From the NCBI GenBank assembly GCA_963675495.1, contig OY776215.1, positions 1,728,001 through 1,792,000 of the forward strand: a stretch of DNA of 64,000 nt, in the 5' to 3' direction. The position numbers were made by a program, and so were the translations under genes. Position 1 is the first letter of the stretch. Every line of letters begins with the position of its first letter. The notes under the pieces were generated by a model, which searched no databases, was not told the origin of the DNA, and saw nothing but the letters and a program-made list of their open reading frames with translations. This DNA is from an uncultured Methanolobus sp. GTDB taxonomy: Archaea; Halobacteriota; Methanosarcinia; Methanosarcinales; Methanosarcinaceae. This document shows, in pieces, positions 29,139 to 39,829 of the stretch.

Positions 29139-30815
29139 TTATCTTCCACCTGACTTGCGATATGTTTTATCAAAAAGTGCAAACATTTCCCTGTCAATTT
29201 CCCTGTATTTACCGATCTCAAAGACCGCTTCATTAACAAAAATGGAAATAGAATCAATATTTGAAAGTTTTGCAAAGCTTTTTGAAGAACTTGCAGTGGA
29301 TTCAACCATCTGTTCCTTGATGGATATCTCACAAACTGCGAGTATTGAATTAACAGCATTTGATGCCTGCTCATCAAGATTATTTTCTGCCGCAACTGTG
29401 CAGAAATGCTCCATGACCGGAATTATCCTTGAAACATTATCATCAGAATGTTTTCTTGCGGCAACAACTCCGATATCCTTCAAGGCCGCTGTCACATCGA
29501 CTACAGAGCCTTTTCCAAATATTTCTCCAATTTCTTTCAGTGTCTCTATCACTTTATCGAGACAATCGTGCTTTTTCAGATCGGGATATTCGTGAATGGT
29601 TTTTATTCCAATGTCCCTTAATGTATAGATTATCAGTTTTTTCAGATGGTCCTGATCTTTATTGTCGACAGTTCTTGCAAAATCAATAAGGACTTTCCTG
29701 ATATTCTCAAGAGTAGCAGAATCCCTGTTTACCGCAGCATCGAGAGCTATCTTCTTCAAGAGGACTACTGAATTCTCGGTGGGCTCCAACATCTCTTTTT
29801 TCGCAGCTGCGATTCCAATGCCACCTGTTGAGATTGAAAGTTCATGCATTGGAGTGGATACTACCTTGTTGGTAACAATGTCAACAATGTCTTTTGGGTT
29901 TTTTGAACGTTTTATCAATTCCAGTTTACCCAGTTTTGCGAAATGTTCTCTATCCCTGTACATTTCAAAAAAACTGGTCATACTGTTTATGGTATGCAAC
30001 GTGAAACTCTCCATATCTGCCTTTGAACACTGTTTTCCAATAGAACCAAAAGCATCGATAATTTCTATCAGTGCAAATCTATCTTTTTCATCTCCTGCAA
30101 GGATAGCAAGTTGGTACAGGTGCGCATTCAAGTGTTTTATGATGAGAGCTTTGTTCCCGCTTGATGCCAAAACTTTTGTACATATTTCAGGTATCTCCCT
30201 GATACCTACAGTTGAAACAAAGTTGTCCTTGTTCCTGGTGGCTCCACGTATAAGATCGATAACAGGTTGTAGAGGGTCGATATTTTCTGTACCCTTTTCC
30301 AGTTTTCTGTAGCTTTCATTCATATCATATATCTGCAGGTCTCTGGTAAACTTCTCAAAATCAATTTTGACAGTTTCTGTCCTGAGGTAGTCGGCTAAAA
30401 GGAAAGCTAGTACTGACAGGATAAAACAATATGTAAGGAGAATCGCCATACCTGTTGGCCTGAACGTTCCCAGAAAATGCATAATTGATGCAGCCAGGGC
30501 AAATGTTCCGATGGTGTAGGAAAACATGTCAGTTAAAGCGTCTTTCTTTCCCGCCAGCCAGAGGGATGCGATCCAGAAAAGTGCAAAACAGGTTGCAAGA
30601 ACGATATTGTTCCAGAAAAAGTCCATTTGCTGATCCTTAAGTAAATTTGCAATAAATCCAAGCTGAATTACCAAAGCTCCAATAGCAAGATCAGCACCTA
30701 CATCCCTAATATTTATCTTAAGATAGTTCTTCACTAGAATATCTGCAAAAAGGAAGAAGGATATTACACCACTTATAAGTGCCGTGTCAACAATATCTGG
30801 TATCAGGATCTGCAT
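29139..30815 (-). CDS. Hypothetical membrane protein with a C-terminal alpha-helical repeat region
   Basis: About five N-terminal TM helices; recurring L.EIG/L.DIG motifs; likely start at MQILIPD. Confidence 0.65.
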   Translation of the reverse strand: MQILIPDIVDTALISGVISFFLFADILVKNYLKINIRDVGADLAIGALVIQLGFIANLLKDQQMDFFWNNIVLATCFALFWIASLWLAGKKDALTDMFSYTIGTFALAASIMHFLGTFRPTGMAILLTYCFILSVLAFLLADYLRTETVKIDFEKFTRDLQIYDMNESYRKLEKGTENIDPLQPVIDLIRGATRNKDNFVSTVGIREIPEICTKVLASSGNKALIIKHLNAHLYQLAILAGDEKDRFALIEIIDAFGSIGKQCSKADMESFTLHTINSMTSFFEMYRDREHFAKLGKLELIKRSKNPKDIVDIVTNKVVSTPMHELSISTGGIGIAAAKKEMLEPTENSVVLLKKIALDAAVNRDSATLENIRKVLIDFARTVDNKDQDHLKKLIIYTLRDIGIKTIHEYPDLKKHDCLDKVIETLKEIGEIFGKGSVVDVTAALKDIGVVAARKHSDDNVSRIIPVMEHFCTVAAENNLDEQASNAVNSILAVCEISIKEQMVESTASSSKSFAKLSNIDSISIFVNEAVFEIGKYREIDREMFALFDKTYRKSGGR

Positions 30816-30855
30816 GAGAATATATTGTACATGTTTATTTATATATATATTGAAA

Positions 30856-32976
30856 TTATACGGCACTTCTGTCCATGTCAATGGTCAACAATCTGGCATT
30901 TATAGCGACTATGATAGTGCTCAATGACATGAGTACTGCTCCGGCAGCAGGTGATAACAATATTCCCTGTTGGTAAAGAACCCCTGCTGCAAGTGGAATT
31001 GCAAGGGCATTGTAGCCTGTAGCCCAGAAAAGGTTCTGTATCATTTTACCGTACGTTGCGCGGGAAAGATCGATGATTGTCATAACATCAAGAGGATTGC
31101 TTTTCACAAGTACGATGTCCGCGGTTTCCACTGCAACATCAGTCCCCGCTCCAATGGCTATTCCGATGTCTGCCTGTGCCAGTGCAGGTGCGTCATTGAT
31201 ACCATCCCCGACCATTGCCACATTAAATCCTCTCCCCTGAACTTCCTTAATTATGGAAGCTTTTTCTCCTGGAAGAACTCCTGCAAAGTATTCATCAAGC
31301 CCTATCTGTCCTGCCACACGTTCAGCCACTTGTTTCTGGTCGCCGGTAAGCATGATACACTTAATTCCCATTTCCTTCAGTCTGCCGATGACTTCCTTAG
31401 ATTCAGGTCTGACCACATCTTCCAGTGCAATGGCCCCAACGGCATTCTCTTCGATCAGGACAAAAACCATGGTTTTTCCCTGACTGGCTATATCCCTCAT
31501 TTTCTCATCAGGATAATTGATACTTTCATCTTTTAGATATCCGGGACTTACAACCTTTATATCCTTACCGTTAACAGTCCCATGTGCTCCTTTTCCGGCA
31601 ATGGCACTGAAGTTTTCAACCGGGTAGGTAGATTCTGAGGAGTCCATAATTCCCCTGGCTATCGGATGCTCAGAGTTGGATTCAATTGAAGCTGCATATT
31701 TCAGCATTTCCTTCTCTTCAATATTCTCGTCGAAGGTGATCACATCACTGACACCGAACTCTCCTTTTGTGAGTGTTCCAGTTTTATCAAAAATGATCGC
31801 ATCGATATTCCTTGCTCTTTCAAATGCTGTTCTGTTCCTGATCAACAAGCCATTTCTTGCACCGATTGCTGTGGAAACTGAAACAACAAGAGGGATTGCA
31901 AGTCCCAGTGCATGAGGACATGTGATAACCATAACGGTAACTGCTCTTTCCAGCGAAAAAGCAAGGTCGGTGTTTACAAATCGAAGCCATGCAAAAAAAG
32001 TGAGAGTTCCGGCGGTCAGGGCTATTATTGTGAGCCAGAGAGCTGCCCTATCTGCAAGGTTCTGTGTTTTAGACTTGCTTTGTTGGGCCTGTGTTACAAG
32101 ATCAAGCATCTGAGAGAGGAATGAATCTTTTCCTGTCTTCCGGACTTCAACAGTAAGGGAACCTTCTCCATTTATGGCTCCAGCTATGACATCACCCCCC
32201 GTTTCCTTTGGAACAGGATTTGATTCACCTGTGAGCATTGCCTCATTTACAGAGCTTTGTCCTTTTACAACCACACCATCAACAGGGATCTTCTCTCCGG
32301 GTTTGACAAGTACTATGTCTTCTTTTTTGAGATTATCCACGGGAACATCATCAACATTTCCATCAGATTTTATCAGATGTGCACCAGATGGCATGAGTTT
32401 TACAAGTTCCTCCAGAGCCATTGATGCTCCCATAACAGATTTCATCTCCATCCAGTGCCCAAATAGCATGATGTCTATCAAGGTTGCCAGTTCCCAGAAA
32501 AAGAGTTTACCCTCAAGCCCGAACACCACAAGACTGCTGTAGCTGTATGCAACGGTGATGGCAACTGCGATAAGTGTCATCATACCAGGGCTTCTCGCTG
32601 AGAGTTCGTCCTTTATTCCTTTAAGGAAAGGCCATCCTCCGTAGAAGAAAACCAAAGTGGAAAAAACAAAGAGAAGATATGTCTGTCCTGCAAAAGAGGG
32701 GATAATGATACCAAAGCTTGAATCAAGGAATTGACGGATTATAGGAGACAGGAGAAGAATCGGTATGGTCAATACAAGCGATATCCAGAACCTCTTCCTG
32801 AAATCCTGAACCATCATAGCATGGTGATTGGAATGCCCTTGATGGTTCTTGTGTCCTTCATGCTCTCCCTCATTTCCATACATTCCATGCTCATCGCTAT
32901 GCTGGCCGGTATTTTCATTGTCCATTTTGTTCCCATCCCCACTTTCAGGTTCAGATACCTGCATCAGTTTCCGCAT
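30856..32976 (-). CDS. copB: Copper-translocating P1B-type ATPase (CopB type)
   Basis: His-rich N-terminus; TGES, CPHALGL, DKTGT, GDGINDAP, YN and MSLS motifs. Confidence 0.92.
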   Translation of the reverse strand: MRKLMQVSEPESGDGNKMDNENTGQHSDEHGMYGNEGEHEGHKNHQGHSNHHAMMVQDFRKRFWISLVLTIPILLLSPIIRQFLDSSFGIIIPSFAGQTYLLFVFSTLVFFYGGWPFLKGIKDELSARSPGMMTLIAVAITVAYSYSSLVVFGLEGKLFFWELATLIDIMLFGHWMEMKSVMGASMALEELVKLMPSGAHLIKSDGNVDDVPVDNLKKEDIVLVKPGEKIPVDGVVVKGQSSVNEAMLTGESNPVPKETGGDVIAGAINGEGSLTVEVRKTGKDSFLSQMLDLVTQAQQSKSKTQNLADRAALWLTIIALTAGTLTFFAWLRFVNTDLAFSLERAVTVMVITCPHALGLAIPLVVSVSTAIGARNGLLIRNRTAFERARNIDAIIFDKTGTLTKGEFGVSDVITFDENIEEKEMLKYAASIESNSEHPIARGIMDSSESTYPVENFSAIAGKGAHGTVNGKDIKVVSPGYLKDESINYPDEKMRDIASQGKTMVFVLIEENAVGAIALEDVVRPESKEVIGRLKEMGIKCIMLTGDQKQVAERVAGQIGLDEYFAGVLPGEKASIIKEVQGRGFNVAMVGDGINDAPALAQADIGIAIGAGTDVAVETADIVLVKSNPLDVMTIIDLSRATYGKMIQNLFWATGYNALAIPLAAGVLYQQGILLSPAAGAVLMSLSTIIVAINARLLTIDMDRSAV

Positions 32977-33126
32977 TAACTCCCCAATACTTTGGCTTGT
33001 GGTTTTAAACCCATTGTATATGTGGGATAGTGGAAGATAAAAACTCTTTGGAAGGTGGTACAAAATAAAAAACACCAACATGCATTAGTAAAAACAAGAT
33101 TATAAAAATATCAAGAAGATGAAATT

Positions 33127-33756
33127 ATGTTAAAGATAACACCATATATGGGACCGCTTGTCATAATCGTTTCAATTGCAGGATTATGGTTCCCGATACT
33201 TGGTTATTTCATGTTGCTGGTGTTTGCCGCTATTTTTCTGATAGCACCATTCAGAGGGCGCTGGTTCTGCGGGAATCTATGTCCAAGAGGAAGTTTCATG
33301 GACTTCTGGGTCGGTCGGGTATCTGAGAAGAAAAAGATACCAAAGGTACTCAAAAGTTATTGGATAAGATTTCCTCTTTTTATGCTGATGATGGTATTCA
33401 TGGGTTACAGGCTGATGAATACTCAGGGGCTTGTGAACCAGATAGGTATGGTTCTTGTTGTTATGTGCCTGACAACATCGTCCATTGCAATTATACTGGG
33501 GGTAACGATTGCTCCGAGAACCTGGTGTACTTTTTGTCCAATGGGAACCCTGCAGAGCATTGTTGGAGTGAACAAATACCCACTACAGGTTGATATCGAT
33601 AAATGTATAAAATGCTACAAATGCGAAAAAGTGTGCCCTATGCATCTGAATATAGTAGAGATAACCAACAATCCGGATTGCATCAAATGCGGGAGATGCA
33701 TCGATATATGCCCGAAGGATGCACTGAGCTTTAAAAGATCGAGTAGAAGATCATAA
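33127..33756 (+). CDS. Membrane 4Fe-4S binding protein (NapH/NosR-like)
   Basis: CGNLCP and CTFCPMG motifs plus two CxxCxxCxxxCP ferredoxin motifs. Confidence 0.85.
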   Translation: MLKITPYMGPLVIIVSIAGLWFPILGYFMLLVFAAIFLIAPFRGRWFCGNLCPRGSFMDFWVGRVSEKKKIPKVLKSYWIRFPLFMLMMVFMGYRLMNTQGLVNQIGMVLVVMCLTTSSIAIILGVTIAPRTWCTFCPMGTLQSIVGVNKYPLQVDIDKCIKCYKCEKVCPMHLNIVEITNNPDCIKCGRCIDICPKDALSFKRSSRRS

Positions 33757-33814
33757 GTTCTTTTTTATTATTGACCTAAAAATACAAAAACAATGACCTA
33801 CTTTCAAATGTAAT

Positions 33815-34600
33815 ATGGACACAATGAACTTTGATGGCTCCTGCGATCCAAATCCGGGAGGAATAATGGGATTTGGATGGGTAATCAACTGGAGCAGTGG
33901 GAAAGTTCCAACTGAAGGAAGCAAGGAAAAAAAGCCCACTCCCTCCAATACCAACAATGTTGCTGAATATACCGCGCTGAAAGAAGGAATACTTAATTAT
34001 CTGAAGCTTGGAGGGAAAGGTCCCCTCCAGGTTTATGGTGATAGTAAGCTTGTGATAAGCCAGATGTCAGGTAAATGGAAGGTTAAGAACCAGAACCTTG
34101 CAGCGATAAAAGAGGAGACAGCATCTATAATCAAAAAGCATGACCTGAAGGTTAAGTTCGATTGGGTTCCAAGGGAACAGAATAGCACCGCTGACAGGCT
34201 GGCAATGCCAAAATCCTCATCAAAGAATACATCCAAGAACTCTTCGAAGACTTCTTCTGTTAAACCGTCAGACAGGAAGTTCATTGCAAATGTTAATTCA
34301 ATGTCTGTTTCTCCTCAGTTAAAACTGGGAATAAATGAATTGAATACCAGTCCCTCTCCTTCCTTTAAATCCTTCGCCCAACTGAAAACAGGTGGGATGG
34401 ATGCTTTTTCCAGAAAAAGACTTGGTGAATTGCAGAAAGAAGCCGGGGAAAAAGTATCATCGATCGTCCAGAAAGAGTTTCCAAAAAACCCCACATATCA
34501 GGCTTCTGCATTGAGATGGATGCTGCGGGGACTGGCAACAGATTTTGCTGTCAGAAAGGTTCAGGTCGATGTTGAGATCAGCAAAAAGAAAAAAAGATAG
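33815..34600 (+). CDS. Ribonuclease HI family protein with an extra C-terminal domain
   Basis: FDGSCDPNPG, TNNVAEY, GDSKLV and WVPREQN..AD motifs; Ser/Lys linker; further domain of about 100 aa. Confidence 0.85.
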   Translation: MDTMNFDGSCDPNPGGIMGFGWVINWSSGKVPTEGSKEKKPTPSNTNNVAEYTALKEGILNYLKLGGKGPLQVYGDSKLVISQMSGKWKVKNQNLAAIKEETASIIKKHDLKVKFDWVPREQNSTADRLAMPKSSSKNTSKNSSKTSSVKPSDRKFIANVNSMSVSPQLKLGINELNTSPSPSFKSFAQLKTGGMDAFSRKRLGELQKEAGEKVSSIVQKEFPKNPTYQASALRWMLRGLATDFAVRKVQVDVEISKKKKR

Positions 34601-34625
34601 CTGTATAGTTTTTATTTAATTCGGT

Positions 34626-36134
34626 TCACAGTGCTTTTTTAACTGTGAACCAGAAAACGCTTCCCCTTCCAAGTGGGTTGTTATCCACACCGATTTCTCC
34701 ATTGTGGAGTTCGACAATTCTTTTGGCAATGGCTAGCCCAAGACCGCTTCCTTTTACGCTTCCTTTGTCTGCCTGCTTGAAACGCTCAAATATCATGGCC
34801 TTGTCCTCATTGCTGATACCCGGACCAACATCATTGACCTTGATTTTCCATTTATCTCCTATATCTGAGATATCAATTGTTATTTTCCCTTTTGGAGGGC
34901 TGAATTTAATGGCATTGGAAATCAGATTCAGGAATACCTCTTCTATCAGAGGATTTATAAGTGAAGGGCATTCTTTTGCAGATTTAAAATCAAGTTCAAT
35001 GTCCATTTTATTCATTTCAGGGCCAAAGTTCCTGATAACTTTCTCCAGAATGGGTACAAAGTCCTGCTCTTCAAATCTGATATCATCGATAGATTCAAGT
35101 TTAATGAACTTTGAAGCCGATTCTATCATATAGATCAACTTTTCGTTGTTCTTGTGTATTCTGTCAAGCAGTTTTTTCTTGTTATCTTCATCTTCAACTA
35201 TAATGAGTTCCTCAGTGAAACCCCTGATAATATTTGCAGGGTTGAGAAGATCATGGGTGAGTATGTCAGTGAACAATACTTTGAGATAATTTGCATCTTC
35301 AAGCTCTTTTGCATACTTTTTGAGGTTCTCTTCAGTTTCCTTTCTGCTCAGAGACTCAGCAAGTACATTGGTCACAGACTGTACAAAGTGCATATCATCG
35401 TTTGTGAACACCCTTTTTTGAGTGGTGTGTACGTTCATAGTTCCGAAAGGTTTCTCCTTGCTTCCGATAACTGAGTCCATTCCACTTAAAATTCCTTGGT
35501 CTTTTAACAAGGATAAACCACTGAATTTTTTCTGCGTCCTATTCTCATGAACTATGGCTCTTTCACCTGAATAAAGAGTGTAGCAAATAATTTCATTTTT
35601 ATTCCTGTCCTTGTTTTCAGACTTAACGTTGTATTCTTTTTCCCATCCTACACCTGCAACCATAATGGAATTCTCATCCTCGTGTTTCATTATTCGGCAA
35701 TATTCAACATCAAGTGTGCTGGCTACAAGTTTGACAGATTCCATCATCAGAGTATCAAGATCCGCCCCGGCAAGTCCTTCCTGTCCAAGTTTAGCAACAG
35801 CAGCCTGCTGTTTTTCCCTCATCTGTAGGACTTTTTCTACGGATTTACGCTCACTGATGTCCTTTGTATGTCGCACGACCATTGTGACATTTTCATTGTC
35901 ATCAAAAACAGGGGATAACTCAACAAGTTTCGTTTTATTATCCAGAGGGTCTTCAATTTCAAATTTCTTGCATACACCGCTTGCAAAAACCTCAATCAAG
36001 TGGCATGGTTCACAGGGTTTGCTTTGCTTCATCAGGCAGCTATAACAAAAAGGATGTCCCTGTTTTTCATTTGCAGGTATTGACTCACAATTCTTCCAGT
36101 TGCTTACTACGATTTTCAGATCACGGTCTATCAC
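34626..36134 (-). CDS. Cytoplasmic PAS/GAF sensor histidine kinase
   Basis: ILTHDLLNP H-box, NLISNAIKF, DVGPGI and GSGLGL motifs; start uncertain. Confidence 0.88.
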   Translation of the reverse strand: MIDRDLKIVVSNWKNCESIPANEKQGHPFCYSCLMKQSKPCEPCHLIEVFASGVCKKFEIEDPLDNKTKLVELSPVFDDNENVTMVVRHTKDISERKSVEKVLQMREKQQAAVAKLGQEGLAGADLDTLMMESVKLVASTLDVEYCRIMKHEDENSIMVAGVGWEKEYNVKSENKDRNKNEIICYTLYSGERAIVHENRTQKKFSGLSLLKDQGILSGMDSVIGSKEKPFGTMNVHTTQKRVFTNDDMHFVQSVTNVLAESLSRKETEENLKKYAKELEDANYLKVLFTDILTHDLLNPANIIRGFTEELIIVEDEDNKKKLLDRIHKNNEKLIYMIESASKFIKLESIDDIRFEEQDFVPILEKVIRNFGPEMNKMDIELDFKSAKECPSLINPLIEEVFLNLISNAIKFSPPKGKITIDISDIGDKWKIKVNDVGPGISNEDKAMIFERFKQADKGSVKGSGLGLAIAKRIVELHNGEIGVDNNPLGRGSVFWFTVKKAL

Positions 36135-36518
36135 GACTATGAGGTCTTGAACTGATGTAAAGGCCTTTTTCAGGAGGTTGAGCTGTTGATTCTTTAGCTC
36201 ATCGTTTTTTGGTTCACAGATTGAAATATGGATTCCCCGTTTATTGAAGGTAGCAAGATTATTCTGTAAATTGGTTATGCCAATAGTATAATTTTATAGC
36301 ATTCATTTACAAGTGAAAGGTGTCTTGGATTCTCATATTTATATGTATCCGGCATGACTGGATATCATAATGAGAATGATGTTGATATGTAGAAATTTGT
36401 TTTTAGCCGCTTTAATGAAACGAGTCGAAAATCTATATGAAGGGACTTTAAAAAATTATAAAAAAGTTTGAATATCCAATCTCAGATATTCGATGCAAAG
36501 CAATATTTGATATAAAAA

Positions 36519-37373
36519 TTACAATTTTATTCCGCAATGTTTGCAGAATCGGGCATCTATATCATTATTCTGATTGCCGCAATTATTGCAGATGATTTTA
36601 GGTCTTGCCCTATCCCTTGCATCAATAGATGCCAGGCTCATCTCAGCTGTTACAATACCTGTAGGGACAGCAATAATACTGTAACCCATTATCATAACAA
36701 CAGAAGCCAGAGTTCTTCCAAGTGATGTCTGTGGCACAAGGTCACCAAAGCCTACAGTTGTCAGGGTTACAATAGCCCAGTATATGCTCATTGGTATACT
36801 TGAAAATCCGTTCTGCTCTCCTTCTATCAGGTACATGAGTGATCCAAGGATAACGACAAGTGTTAGTACCGCAAAAAGAAAAACAGTAATCTTCCGGCTG
36901 CTGGCCTTCAAGGCATCGATCAGTAATTCAGCTTCATTAAGGTACTTGACCAGTTTGAGAATACGAAATATTCTCAGGACCCTGAGTATCCTTATAACCA
37001 GCAAAAACTGGCTTCCTGGCAGGAACAGGCTCAGATAGGTCGGGACTATTGCCAGCAGATCAACTATTCCAAAAAGACTTGTTGAGTATTGGATCTTGCT
37101 TTTAACGGATATAAGTCGAAGAATGTATTCAATCGTAAAAAGTATCGTGAAAAACCATTCTATATTGTAGAGGAATTCTTCGTTTCCAATCCTAAATGAT
37201 TTGACGCTGTCCAGCATAACTACAAGGACACTCAACAGGATGCTTATTATAAGCAAGAGATCGAAATATCTTCCTATAGGTTTCTCTGCCTCAAATATAA
37301 CATCATATAGGCGGCTTCTCCAGTTATTACCATCGGGTCTGTTGCTAGAATATACATCCTCATATGGAGCCAT
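36519..37373 (-). CDS. Voltage-gated potassium channel-like ion transporter with a C-terminal zinc ribbon
   Basis: S4 segment RILRVLRIFRILK; TTVGFGD selectivity filter; CxxC...CxxC tail. Confidence 0.9.
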   Translation of the reverse strand: MAPYEDVYSSNRPDGNNWRSRLYDVIFEAEKPIGRYFDLLLIISILLSVLVVMLDSVKSFRIGNEEFLYNIEWFFTILFTIEYILRLISVKSKIQYSTSLFGIVDLLAIVPTYLSLFLPGSQFLLVIRILRVLRIFRILKLVKYLNEAELLIDALKASSRKITVFLFAVLTLVVILGSLMYLIEGEQNGFSSIPMSIYWAIVTLTTVGFGDLVPQTSLGRTLASVVMIMGYSIIAVPTGIVTAEMSLASIDARDRARPKIICNNCGNQNNDIDARFCKHCGIKL

Positions 37374-37383
37374 TATTTTTTCC

Positions 37384-38472
37384 TCAAAAATCAAACAGGC
37401 TTTTTTGTCCGGTGTTTCCCTGCAGGTTATCTACCCTGACACCTATACGTCTGAAGTTCATTTCACTTTCCTCAAGGAACTGGCTCATCAGTTCTTTTGC
37501 ATTCTCACTGAGAATATCCCTGTCACTTACAACATGATTTAGCGTTTTACTTTTTGTTGAAGTTTTGAAGTTTGAGAATATAACTGTTACTGTTAAGGAA
37601 CGAAAAGACACCTTCCTTGCTTTTACTTTGCCTATGACATCGTCCATGAGTTCATCCAGCAATGAAAATATCATATTCTCATTTCTGCTGTCATGTTTAA
37701 GGGATGCCATTCTACCTATCTGGTCAGTTGCTGTCCTTTCTTTTACAGGAGTTTCATCAACACCTGATGCAGCCTGCTTGAGCCATGTACCTTTGTTCTT
37801 CCCAAAAACAGATATCAGTTCCATGGAATCATAAATTGCAAGGTCCTCAATGTTCATGATGCCCATTTCAGATAATTTATCTTCAGTGACCTTTCCGATT
37901 CCCCATAATTTCTTCACAGGCATGGGTTTAAGGAACCCATGTACCTCTTCTGGTTTGATAACGGTGATTCCATCAGGTTTTTGGAACGAGGATGCCATCT
38001 TAGCGATGAGTTTGTTTGGACCTATGCCCACAGAACATGTTATTCTTTCCTGAGATTTCACTTCCTCTTTAATTCTCAGGCTAATTTCCTTTGCAAGTTC
38101 GTAGTCACCTTTACATGATTCAGTAATATCAAGGAAAGCCTCATCAATGCTGATCTTTTCGAAGGCCTCGTAGCTGTCGGAATTTTTTTTCAATATCTCC
38201 ATCACGTTTGCAGAGACTTCCTCGTAGAAAGGCTTGCGCACCGGCAGAAAAATTGCATCCGGTTTTTTCGATTTTGCCAGTTTGCAGGGCATAGCCGAGC
38301 GTATACCTGCTTTCCTGGCAACATAGTTAGATGTGCTTACAGCTCCACCCGATTCTCCCCTGTTCGAATACATACAGACAACAACGGCTTTACCTTTAAG
38401 AGAAGGGTCCTCCCTTTCTTCTATGGCTGCATAAAAGTAGTCCATGTCCACATGGATTATCACGCGTTCCAT
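37384..38472 (-). CDS. dinB: DNA polymerase IV (Y-family)
   Basis: HVDMDYFYAA, SIDEAFLD, KPDG and LWGIG motifs. Confidence 0.95.
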   Translation of the reverse strand: MERVIIHVDMDYFYAAIEEREDPSLKGKAVVVCMYSNRGESGGAVSTSNYVARKAGIRSAMPCKLAKSKKPDAIFLPVRKPFYEEVSANVMEILKKNSDSYEAFEKISIDEAFLDITESCKGDYELAKEISLRIKEEVKSQERITCSVGIGPNKLIAKMASSFQKPDGITVIKPEEVHGFLKPMPVKKLWGIGKVTEDKLSEMGIMNIEDLAIYDSMELISVFGKNKGTWLKQAASGVDETPVKERTATDQIGRMASLKHDSRNENMIFSLLDELMDDVIGKVKARKVSFRSLTVTVIFSNFKTSTKSKTLNHVVSDRDILSENAKELMSQFLEESEMNFRRIGVRVDNLQGNTGQKSLFDF

Positions 38473-38526
38473 TAGTAAGTAAGAAGGTCCGGGTGCTTTT
38501 TATTGTTAACTGATGCTTTTGTTTTC

Positions 38527-39585
38527 TTAGAGTATTGGGTCCCTGCAATCCACATAGATACTGCTGAAATCAGGTAGTTTTCCTGAAATTGGTTTTGCGT
38601 AGAGGTACATTTTATCATACAGTGGCTTGAATTTTTTCACAACTTCAAATATCGGATCTTCGGGGTCTGTGTAAATTCCGAAGAACTCACATTTTGTATC
38701 GAACATGAGATTATTGCAGTAGTTCATGATCTCTTCCATTGCAAGAGCATGTTCGGGTTCAAATGCGTGGTCCACTATGGAATGGAATTTGAAGAATTTC
38801 CCTTCAGGTGGTATTCTTGGCATACTGATAAAATGCCTGAGTATTCCGTAGGCATTTGACATGAGCTTCCACATCATTGGTTCTTTTGTGTATGTCATTT
38901 CCATGAGAATCGAAGAATCCCAGAAGCCAGCACAAGCCACTATTTTACCTTTCCACTTTGCCACAATGAAATTTTCAAGTCCATACCCCAATATTCTGTT
39001 TGTACGTTCCTTAAAGATTTCAGTTGTAAATGGTGAAAAGTGAGCTCTTCCATCGTAATAACTATTAATGAGTCTAACAGCTTCAGGAAGGTCTTTTGCT
39101 TCGACTCTCTCAAGATCATAATCTCTTTCAGTATGCTCTCTTTTATATGCAGACATCCCAATCGTCTGTATATCCTTTTCCTTAATGTAACCCAGTTTTT
39201 CGAAAAGCTTTATTGAAGGTACATTTGGTCCGTACACATAAGAGTATATATGTGAAGCTTTTGTTTCCTGTGCGACTTTCTCAGCTTCTCTTACGAGTTT
39301 GACTGCTATTCCCTTTTTTTGGTAGTCAGGATGCACCATAACTTCGGCTATGTAGGCATAATTCTGCTTAGGGGTTTGTTTTATGGTCCAGCCAACCCAA
39401 CCCACAGTTGTACTGTCTTCTTCAGCAACACGAATTTCCCAGTTATCGTAAAGTTCATACCTTGCAGTTATGTCTGGTTCCTTATCAACAACCATTGCAC
39501 ATTCTTCATTTCCCTGAGGACACAGTCTTTCAATATTTAGCAAGGTCTCGTTGTCTTCTTCTTTAAAAGGCCTGATATTTAACAT
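38527..39585 (-). CDS. GNAT family acetyltransferase (two-domain)
   Basis: VHPDYQKKGIA and N.PSIKLFEKLGY motifs. Confidence 0.85.
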   Translation of the reverse strand: MLNIRPFKEEDNETLLNIERLCPQGNEECAMVVDKEPDITARYELYDNWEIRVAEEDSTTVGWVGWTIKQTPKQNYAYIAEVMVHPDYQKKGIAVKLVREAEKVAQETKASHIYSYVYGPNVPSIKLFEKLGYIKEKDIQTIGMSAYKREHTERDYDLERVEAKDLPEAVRLINSYYDGRAHFSPFTTEIFKERTNRILGYGLENFIVAKWKGKIVACAGFWDSSILMEMTYTKEPMMWKLMSNAYGILRHFISMPRIPPEGKFFKFHSIVDHAFEPEHALAMEEIMNYCNNLMFDTKCEFFGIYTDPEDPIFEVVKKFKPLYDKMYLYAKPISGKLPDFSSIYVDCRDPIL

Positions 39586-39829
39586 TTGATCATCCCAAAC
39601 AATCTTGTTTATGTGTTGACTTTCCGATACAAAAATACCTTAAAAGCAAAGCTGTAACTCAATGCCACAAGTTCTCTGTGCTTAAATACTCCCAAATAAA
39701 TCTTGAAGTTGATTGGATATATACGTTTTGGATATAAATGAATCAACAATAATAAAAAAAGCAAAAGGCAGCTGATTAATTATCTACAACAGTGTCTGCC
39801 TTCCTGAGCATTTCAATTCTTAGTAGCGT

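Noticed and set aside
36329-36376. Imperfect inverted repeat between the K+ channel and kinase genes
   Set aside because: AT-rich with no supporting context; at most a terminator.
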